From a bacterium (GTDB lineage: Bacteria; Electryoneota; JAOADG01): a stretch of 64,000 bases of DNA. The translations under genes and the position numbers were made by a program. The stretch is from contig OY820579.1 of the NCBI GenBank assembly GCA_963681965.1, positions 128,001 through 192,000 on the forward strand, given 5' to 3'. Positions 56,521 through 64,000 of this stretch are shown piece after piece. Below the pieces are notes generated by a model. It did not search any database and was not told the DNA's origin. It saw only the letters and a program-made list of their open reading frames with translations. Each line of letters begins with the position of its first letter. Positions within the stretch are counted from its first letter, which is position 1.

Positions 56521-57612
56521 TCAATTCACATTTATCTGACGACCACTGCTATCTGCAGCAGATGAATCGGATGCAGCAATAGGTGGGGTTAGCTGCAACT
56601 TATACGACTTGGCATACGTCACGATCTTCGACGAAAACCCCAGATCGGGACCGGTTCGCAATTCTACAATCACATGCTCCGGTGGAATTGTTGAAGGCAA
56701 TTGATTCAGCGCTGCACCCCAAAATGCCAACGAAACAGCTTCAATATCACGTTGACCATACTGCATTCCATTGACACTTCCAGCGACACGAGCCTGTACA
56801 AGCACGGAATCGGATTCATCATCAGCGCGTTGAACAACAATTCCTCTTATGGGCAATTTTTTTTCTTCCGCTAGATTACGCAGTTGAGTTTGCACATCTT
56901 TACCATTATTCAAAACCGGTTTACAAAAAGTTCCGGCGATTGCAAACACCAGCAACGGTACTGCCCACAACAAATGCACTAACGCCATCCGTGCAGTAAA
57001 TAAATTCGGATTACTGCGGGCTTTTTCATCGCTGACTGTTTTCGCAAAGAGATGTACCCCTTGTCGCGGCAATCCAAGTATTACCACCATCCTTCGCGAG
57101 AGACAGATCGACCGTCCGAACAAATCGCAGTAAGAACGCGATGGTGCAGTAACTGCCATTAATAATGGTGCACCTAGCGTCCACCCGACCAACATCCCCA
57201 TCGCGCTATAATACCCGGCGGTACCGAGAGCGGTCGACATCCCGCTACGCAATTCCAAACCCATTGCCTGCGCTACCAAAGGAAACGCCATCGGTAGTGA
57301 CCGAACAATTGCACGTCGCCAAGTCAAACCTCGACCGGAACTATCGACGACACGCAATCCAAACACCCATTTACCGACAGTAGCACCACCACCGAATTTT
57401 GAATGACTGAACGAGTCGTACAGGATTACAATGACCAGTCCAATGATCCAACCATGATCGCCCATACGCTCGATCGGCAGGGACATGAGTGCCAGCCATC
57501 CGATTACACCTAAAACAATCAAATCAATCAGTCGGGCACCGCCCCGACGAGCAATCATTTTAGCAACCGGACCAATTCCTGCCGGCTGTACTTCAAGAAT
57601 AATTTCATCCAT
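56521..57612 (-). CDS. RDD family membrane protein with C-terminal extension
   Basis: 'RRGGARLID', 'ATVGKWVFGLRVV', 'RAIVRS'. Confidence 0.8.
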   Translation of the reverse strand: MDEIILEVQPAGIGPVAKMIARRGGARLIDLIVLGVIGWLALMSLPIERMGDHGWIIGLVIVILYDSFSHSKFGGGATVGKWVFGLRVVDSSGRGLTWRRAIVRSLPMAFPLVAQAMGLELRSGMSTALGTAGYYSAMGMLVGWTLGAPLLMAVTAPSRSYCDLFGRSICLSRRMVVILGLPRQGVHLFAKTVSDEKARSNPNLFTARMALVHLLWAVPLLVFAIAGTFCKPVLNNGKDVQTQLRNLAEEKKLPIRGIVVQRADDESDSVLVQARVAGSVNGMQYGQRDIEAVSLAFWGAALNQLPSTIPPEHVIVELRTGPDLGFSSKIVTYAKSYKLQLTPPIAASDSSAADSSGRQINVN

Positions 57613-57619
57613 AATAAAT

Positions 57620-57943
57620 CTACTGCACCAATACTGCCGTTCCCGACGAAGCGACCATCAACATACCTTCCCGAACTACTTCGTAATCCAGGTCGATTCC
57701 AATTACTGCATTTGCACCCAAGCTCTGCGCTCGCGCCGACATTTCCGATAGTGCGATCTCGCGCGCTTGCTGAAGCTTCTGTTCGTAGGCGCCGCTTCTA
57801 CCACCGACGATATCGGTGATCGAAGCAAAGATATCGCGAACGATATTCGCACCCATGATTGCTTCACCGGTAACGATACCGAAATACTGCAACACTTTTT
57901 TACCCTCGACGGTGTTGGTCGTCGTCAAAATCATATTGGTCAT
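57620..57943 (-). CDS. ybjQ: UPF0145/YbjQ family protein
   Basis: '[33 protein letters not shown]...[13 protein letters not shown]...GTAV'. Confidence 0.92.
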   Translation of the reverse strand: MTNMILTTTNTVEGKKVLQYFGIVTGEAIMGANIVRDIFASITDIVGGRSGAYEQKLQQAREIALSEMSARAQSLGANAVIGIDLDYEVVREGMLMVASSGTAVLVQ

Positions 57944-57973
57944 GGTTTTCTCGTAAATAATTGTTGTTCGAAA

Positions 57974-59353
57974 TTACAATTGTTTTCCAAATCGCTGAAG
58001 TAACTCGTCGACCATCCGTTCGGCAACGGCGGGATCGGCAGATTCAGCGAACACCCGCACGATCGGTTCGGTATTACTTCCGCGGATCTGCACCCAGCCA
58101 TCAGAGGTGTTGAGTTTCAACCCATCGGTTCGATCCCAATTCTCATGCGATCGCTCGGTGGCTAATTTTTCAAAAATCGCCGAAATTCCACCACGTTTCG
58201 CAAGGATTTCCGGATCAAGTTGAGCCGTTTTCTTCACGATCGTATAGCGTGGGATATCCTTCATCAACGTTTCAATCGGTCCACGGGTCGCAATCGCAGA
58301 TAGTAACAGTGCAATGCCAACCAAACTGTCCCGCCCGGGATGACAGGCTGGCACCATAACTCCACCGTTTCCTTCGCCACCACAGACGGCTTTCACTTCG
58401 AGCATCTTATCTGCAACATTGGCTTCGCCGACTTTTGTGCGATAAACCGGTACATTGTACCGCTTGGCAATATCTTCGACTGCCATCGTCGTCGAGACAT
58501 TGATCACGACCGGTCCGGAAGTGAATCGCAAGACCTGATCGCAAGTCAACACGACTGTACTTTCCTCACCCAACGGTATACCATCGGGACCGACACAGGC
58601 GAGGCGATCGCCATCGGGATCGAACCCGAAACCGATACAAGCACCACTCTTGAGCACTTCCTGACCGAGTGGTAACAATACTTCCGGAGTTGGTTCCAGC
58701 TTCCGCTGGAAGTTGCCATCGGCAACCATCCCCAGTGAACCGGGCGACATGGTTACATTTAATGCTTTAAGAAGCGCCGGAATACACGCTCCGGCAACAC
58801 CAGCTCCACCATCGCAAGACACTGTCAGATTCGCTTTTCTAATCGCGTCGACATTCACACCGGGTGTTTGAGTCAACGTGCGTTCGACATGACGTGCGAC
58901 CAGATCGAACGACGGGGTTTGCACAGAACCAAATTCATCCCATGTAGCCCACCGACGAGTACCCTGCTCGACGAGTTTCCGAAGGGTTTTACCCTCTTCA
59001 TCTAATAAAAATCGACCGTCATTGCGGAAAAATTTTAAGGCATTCCATTGTACTGGATTGTGCGATGCCGTGATGGCAATACCGCCATCGGCATGAAGCT
59101 CTTCAACGGCGATCGCTACCGATGGCGTTGCGGCAATACCCAAATCGAATACTTTGCACCCGGACATCGTCAGAGTGGAAAAAATTAGTTGTCGAATCGG
59201 TTCGCGGGTAGGTCGCGGGTCACTTCCGACCACGATCGTTGCACCGTTTGGCAGCGATGCGGCAAACCCGGCTGCCCAATCCACGATTACTGAAGGAGTT
59301 AGATCAACTCCGACAATTCCGCGCACACCTGATACCGAAATCATTAACGGCAT
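57974..59353 (-). CDS. Phosphohexomutase (phosphoglucosamine mutase/phosphomannomutase family)
   Basis: 'SVSGVRG', 'ITASHNP', 'FDPDGDR', 'GGEGNGG', 'RGSNTEP'; GGAGG RBS before the ATG at 59353. Confidence 0.92.
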   Translation of the reverse strand: MPLMISVSGVRGIVGVDLTPSVIVDWAAGFAASLPNGATIVVGSDPRPTREPIRQLIFSTLTMSGCKVFDLGIAATPSVAIAVEELHADGGIAITASHNPVQWNALKFFRNDGRFLLDEEGKTLRKLVEQGTRRWATWDEFGSVQTPSFDLVARHVERTLTQTPGVNVDAIRKANLTVSCDGGAGVAGACIPALLKALNVTMSPGSLGMVADGNFQRKLEPTPEVLLPLGQEVLKSGACIGFGFDPDGDRLACVGPDGIPLGEESTVVLTCDQVLRFTSGPVVINVSTTMAVEDIAKRYNVPVYRTKVGEANVADKMLEVKAVCGGEGNGGVMVPACHPGRDSLVGIALLLSAIATRGPIETLMKDIPRYTIVKKTAQLDPEILAKRGGISAIFEKLATERSHENWDRTDGLKLNTSDGWVQIRGSNTEPIVRVFAESADPAVAERMVDELLQRFGKQL

Positions 59354-59618
59354 AGTAGAAATTCCTCCAATCCCGAAAATACTGAGCAACAGCCCATTCT
59401 GCAACCGTTTTGATCCGATCATGTGATTGAAACTACTCGGTATCAATAGGTTATATATTTAGATAAACTCAAGAATTACTGTTACAATTCTTAATCAAAC
59501 CAGCTTAATTCCCGTTTTTTGTGTATATTATCAGCTCATTCACTTTACTAGGGAATTTTACTAAAATTCGTCACTACTCGATCAACCTCGTTCCAGTTGT
59601 CATTTACTTGGAGAAATC

Positions 59619-60860
59619 ATGCTGAAACCAATCAATTTCCGAATTTTTCTTACATTTATCGTCATTTTATCAATCATTGCTACATTTCAGATGAGTGTTT
59701 TTGCCGCTCCGGAATCGCGATCACCGATGACGACTGTTCTCGATGGATCTGCGAAATATTCCGGCAGCGCTTCCGATATCGCTTTTGCTCCGAATGGCGA
59801 CATGATTGTTATCGGCAATTCTTCCAGCAAGAAGAGTTCCAGCTTTCAGGTTCTAATGATTGATCCCGCGAATCTTTCGGTCACACCAAAACAGACTGTG
59901 ACGAATGCTTCTGCTTATTCGATTATCCGCACAAGTGATGACAGTTATTTGGTCGTCGGCGAAAAAACCGATAACAGTTTTTATTTAAGTAAGTTGAAAG
60001 CCGATTTGACCGAGATTACGGTACCGGCTATTATGAATGGTCGAATGGGTAAATTAAAGGGAGTGTGCGAATCGACCGACAAGGGTTTCTTTCTGTTGGG
60101 TGAAAAACAGACTGTGATGAAAGTAAAAAAGGGAACCCCAGATTTGTATTCTTGCCTTTGCTTGTATAAGGTGGACAAAGACTTTTCTTCGATTAAAGGA
60201 AAATTGTTTCTCAATCTGGAAAAGGATCAAACCTATGCGCTTGATACGACGAGTGACAATGGTTGTATTGTTGCGGGACCGATCAACGATTCTTTAGGAA
60301 ATATCGGAACTGAGAAACTGCTACCTGCAACACGAGCGCCGGAACCTAAATCGGAGAAGCGGATCTGGTTGGGAACATTCGATCAGAATTGCGCAAATCG
60401 ATCTATTAAGAATTTGTCTAGTGTAGACTGTTGTTCGTGGGGAACAGGATTTCTTCATAACGATTTGAATGTAACTGCGGTTTCCGGAATGGTCCTTGAT
60501 GAGAAAAACGATCAGTCGAATCGTGAACAAGCGTGTTTGGTAAAAATCAAGACGGGCGGTACATTCGAAACAATCAAGACGGGCGGTTCCAAAGCCGATT
60601 ATGGTGTCGCTGTGGAACAAGAAGGTGGCACGTATTTTCTCTGTCGCAATCGTACCGATACAACGACCAAGACGACCGAAACCTGGTTGGATTTGATCGA
60701 TAGTACTAATTTAACTGTAATCGATCAGATTAAATTGGGTGACTTCACGACGAACAAAGTTCGTCGTCATGGCAACATGATTTTCGTTGTCGGTTCTCAG
60801 AGCGGAAATTTCTTTGTGGGATCATACGATCTGACAGCAAAGCGTTCGACAAAAAAATAA
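59619..60860 (+). CDS. Hypothetical secreted protein, probably a beta-propeller
   Basis: 413-aa ORF with signal peptide and repeats like 'SIIRTSDDSYLVVG', 'ESTDKGFFLLG', 'TTSDNGCIVAG'. Confidence 0.65.
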   Translation: MLKPINFRIFLTFIVILSIIATFQMSVFAAPESRSPMTTVLDGSAKYSGSASDIAFAPNGDMIVIGNSSSKKSSSFQVLMIDPANLSVTPKQTVTNASAYSIIRTSDDSYLVVGEKTDNSFYLSKLKADLTEITVPAIMNGRMGKLKGVCESTDKGFFLLGEKQTVMKVKKGTPDLYSCLCLYKVDKDFSSIKGKLFLNLEKDQTYALDTTSDNGCIVAGPINDSLGNIGTEKLLPATRAPEPKSEKRIWLGTFDQNCANRSIKNLSSVDCCSWGTGFLHNDLNVTAVSGMVLDEKNDQSNREQACLVKIKTGGTFETIKTGGSKADYGVAVEQEGGTYFLCRNRTDTTTKTTETWLDLIDSTNLTVIDQIKLGDFTTNKVRRHGNMIFVVGSQSGNFFVGSYDLTAKRSTKK

Positions 60861-60885
60861 GACCGACTTACAGTTGGATTAGTGG

Positions 60886-60920
60886 ATCGGGCGGACAACT
60901 ATTGTTCGCCCGATTTGTTT
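60886..60920 (+). terminator. Probable intrinsic terminator
   Basis: ATCGGGCGGACAA-CTA-TTGTTCGCCCGATTTGTTT. Confidence 0.6.
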
Positions 60921-61074
60921 CCATTCATACATAAAAAATATTTCATTTCTCAGAAATTCTCTCGCACAACCAATTTAATTATTATTAAATTAATATTAAA
61001 TCATTTCTATCCCATTCCGTCAATACACTGTTCAAGAAAGCTCAAAGACTCACGCTATTGATCGGAGGCACATC

Positions 61075-63253
61075 ATGAAAACCTGCTTCAAAACAGTACT
61101 AGTCATTAGTCTGCTACTCTTCATCACACAACAGACTCTGGCGCAAGACAGTTCGAATGTTCATCTTCTCAGCAGCATCTGGCAAACTGCACCTCATAAT
61201 ATTACAATCCAAGGAAACTACGCTTATATCGCCGACCGTTACGGCGGTTTGGTTTCCTATGACATCAGTAATCCGTTATCTCCGGTCTTGATCGGCACTT
61301 GTCGCCACCCAGTTACTGTAAACGACCGGGTTGTATGGAATATTGCCGCATCCGGAAATCGCGTGTATGTCGCCGAAACAATGAACGGATTGACTACATT
61401 CGATATTACCGATCATCAGCATCCGATCAACTGTTCCGACAACTTTCAACTTCATCACCGATGTTAACAATCTTGGGGTTCATGGGATGGCATTTGCAGG
61501 AAATAATGCATATCTCATCGATATCCAAGGTATGCTCCGGATTTACGATTTAAATCAACAACGACTCTGTGTCGGTTCCTATCAACTGACAAACTATTTT
61601 TTATGCGATATCGCTGTTTCCGGTAATTATGCCTTTATCGCCAATGGTGCCAGTGGCTTGCTAATTCTGAATATTTCCAATCCAGCTACGCCGACGGTTG
61701 TCGGATCGCTCTCGACAATGCAATATGCATATAAGATTCTATTAACGGGAAACTATGTGTATATCACCGATTCAAATTCAGGACTAACTGTTATCAACAT
61801 CAGCAATCCAGCCGCGCCAACGATGCTCTGGGCATCCGGAACGACAAACGGCGCAGTGAATGATTTTATAATCTCCGGTGGTTATGCTTATGTAGTGTCA
61901 AGTCTCTCTGATGCCAATGGTTCATCAACCTTAATGATTTACGATGTTCGTACCCCTTCATCGATCACTGAAGTTGGGAGCATGACTTTTCCCGAAATCG
62001 CATTTGGAATTGCACTGTCCGGAAACTACGCATATATCACTGGTAATCGTCTCGGTCTTCGCGTAATCAATATCAGCGATCCTACCGCACCGACTGCGGC
62101 AGCCAGTCATTATCGCGTTTTGAACAATGCCTCGGATATTGTTGCAAGCGGACAGTATGCCTATGTCGCTGACAACCAATTCGGTTTGCGGATATTCGAT
62201 GTCAGTCATCCAGCAACACTTGCGTTAACACATTCAATTTCTATCGGCAATGCCGTCGGAGTATCGCTGCATGACAATTATGCCTATGTGGCAGCGAGCG
62301 ATTCGGGATTAAGAATCGTCAATATCTCCAATCCTTTGTTACCGATCAATGTGGGGTACCGGGACACTTCTGCAGCAGTCAAGCAAGTTGTCATCAGCGG
62401 AAATTATGCCTATACGATCGGCGGCTCAAGACTTCGGATTTTGAATATTAGCAATCCCGAAGCGCCAGTATTGATCGGATCATGCGAATTACCGTACGAT
62501 GCCAATGAATTGAAAGTGATTGGAAATTACGCCTATATCGCTGATGGTGCCGGAGGGTTGCGGATCATCGACATCAGCAATTCCAAGGCTCCGAGTGAAA
62601 TTGGATCATTTGCTAATTCTTCAAGCGACCTCTTACATATTGCGATATCCGGTAACTTTGCCTATCTCAGCGAAAATCAGTATCGACTTCGAATTCTCGA
62701 TATCAGCAACCCGCGATCCCCCACTCAAGTAAGCCTCTATTCTCCAAGCGGATCACAGTATGTTGCGATTTCAGATAATTCTGCCATTCTCTTCGACAGT
62801 ACTACGACCAGATTGGTACCGATCGCAGCATTATTGAATCCTGGTTTCGCAACAAATTTCGGCGGTGTATCACCAAATAGCTTTTCGATTAACGGCAATA
62901 ATTTATTCGATGCTTTCGATCAGGGGTTCAATATTTACGATTGCAGTGAGGCGATGAATGTAGGAGAGCGTAGTGATGAAACCTTGCCAGCTCGGTGTGT
63001 ACTGAAACCGAGTTATCCCAATCCGTTCAATGCAACGACCGAGATCCGTTATCAACTAACTCGAGCTGGAAAAGTCGAGCTAAAGGTATTTGATCTATCC
63101 GGACGGGAAATCGCAAATTTGGTGAATGATCGTCAAGAACCCTGCGAATACCGGATTCCTTTTAATGGGAAAGCGCTAGTGAGTGGAACCTATCTGGTGC
63201 GGTTGACTTCCGGAACGAATTCACACACTCAGAAGATCGTACTTCTGAAATAA
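61075..63253 (+). pseudogene. LVIVD-repeat beta-propeller protein with T9SS-type CTD, frameshifted near 61430 (pseudogene or sequence error)
   Basis: 61075-61467 has the signal peptide and first 'GNYAYIAD..GGL..YDISNP' repeats; the same repeats continue in the +1 frame through 61487-63253, ending in the 'YPNPFN' CTD. Confidence 0.75.
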
Positions 63254-63255
63254 GA

Positions 63256-64000
63256 CTATTTATGCGACTGTGTTTCAGTTTGATCGATCGTATTGCGAAT
63301 TTTTTCCGATAGATCGTAAAGTGAAAATGGTTTCCGAAGAAAATTAGTACCCGATTCCAACACCCCGTGACGCCCAATGATGTTTTCGGTATATCCCGAA
63401 ATAAAGAGAATTTTCGTGTCTTTCCGAATGATTTGCATCTGTTTAGCCAAATCCTTGCCATTCATTTTCGGCATAATGACATCGGTGATTAACAGATGAA
63501 TCGGTTCAGGAAACTCATGTGCGACCTTTAGCGCTTCCTCACCATTGCTTTTCGAAATTAAATGGTAACCCCAGCGTGGCAGAATCGCTTCCAGCAATTT
63601 CCGGATTGAGATATCGTCTTCGGCGAGTAATATTGTTTCCGTTCCGGATCGAAATTCAGCTTGATCACTGTCGTCTTGGATATCGATCGCAGGTTGATAG
63701 ATGCGCGGAAGGAAGATCGAGAAATTCGTACCGATATGTTGTTTTGTTTCTACTGCTATAAAACCGTCGTGTTGTTGGATAATTCCCAATACAGTCGCCA
63801 ACCCAAGACCGGTTCCCTCGCCTTTGGCTTTGGTCGTAAAGAACGGTTCGAAAATGCGATCCAGAATCACTTTTTCGATTCCCGTACCGGTGTCGGAAAC
63901 GAGCAATACGACGTATTCACCGGGTTTAGATCCGTGAATTTTCAAGCAGTCGGCTTCATCCAAAGTAGAATTGAATAATTTAATTTTAAGAGTACCACCA
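63256..64000 (-). CDS. Hybrid sensor histidine kinase, C-terminal part (HATPase plus REC); the 5' end lies outside the window
   Basis: 'VSDTGTG', '[14 protein letters not shown]', 'LLITDVIMP'; the frame is open to the window edge. Confidence 0.9.
   Translation of the reverse strand, partial: GGTLKIKLFNSTLDEADCLKIHGSKPGEYVVLLVSDTGTGIEKVILDRIFEPFFTTKAKGEGTGLGLATVLGIIQQHDGFIAVETKQHIGTNFSIFLPRIYQPAIDIQDDSDQAEFRSGTETILLAEDDISIRKLLEAILPRWGYHLISKSNGEEALKVAHEFPEPIHLLITDVIMPKMNGKDLAKQMQIIRKDTKILFISGYTENIIGRHGVLESGTNFLRKPFSLYDLSEKIRNTIDQTETQSHK

Overview
A 64 kb bacterial chromosomal window read in genetic code 11. The 'YPNPFN..T.I.F/Y.L' C-terminal secretion signals suggest an anaerobic member of the FCB superphylum (inference only). 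Contents: (i) a minus-strand energy operon hdrC-hdrB-hdrA(N)-nuoE/hydC-nuoF/hydB-[nuoG'::hdrA(C)]-mvhD-mvhG-mvhA-maturation protease-small Zn-finger protein. HdrA is split inside its inserted ferredoxin domain and an NADH-module cassette sits in the break; three Rex-like boxes lie upstream. (ii) Many large secreted or surface proteins: three gingipain/C25-like proteins lacking the canonical GHG motif, two giant FN3/Ig/CARDB proteins sharing an unnamed C-terminal domain, and other T9SS-CTD proteins, one frameshifted. (iii) An 18-heme membrane-anchored cytochrome c. (iv) Two hybrid histidine kinases and a TPR protein. (v) A housekeeping run: phosphohexomutase-ybjQ-RDD-deoC-ftsE-ftsX-hrcA-grpE-dnaJ. 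(vi) Non-coding repeats: three copies of a TA-flanked MITE that carries different GTAG-type REP hairpins, and a 4-unit REP/terminator array after dnaJ. No rRNA, tRNA, CRISPR array or transposase gene was recognised. All assignments are by motif inspection; no database searches were run.
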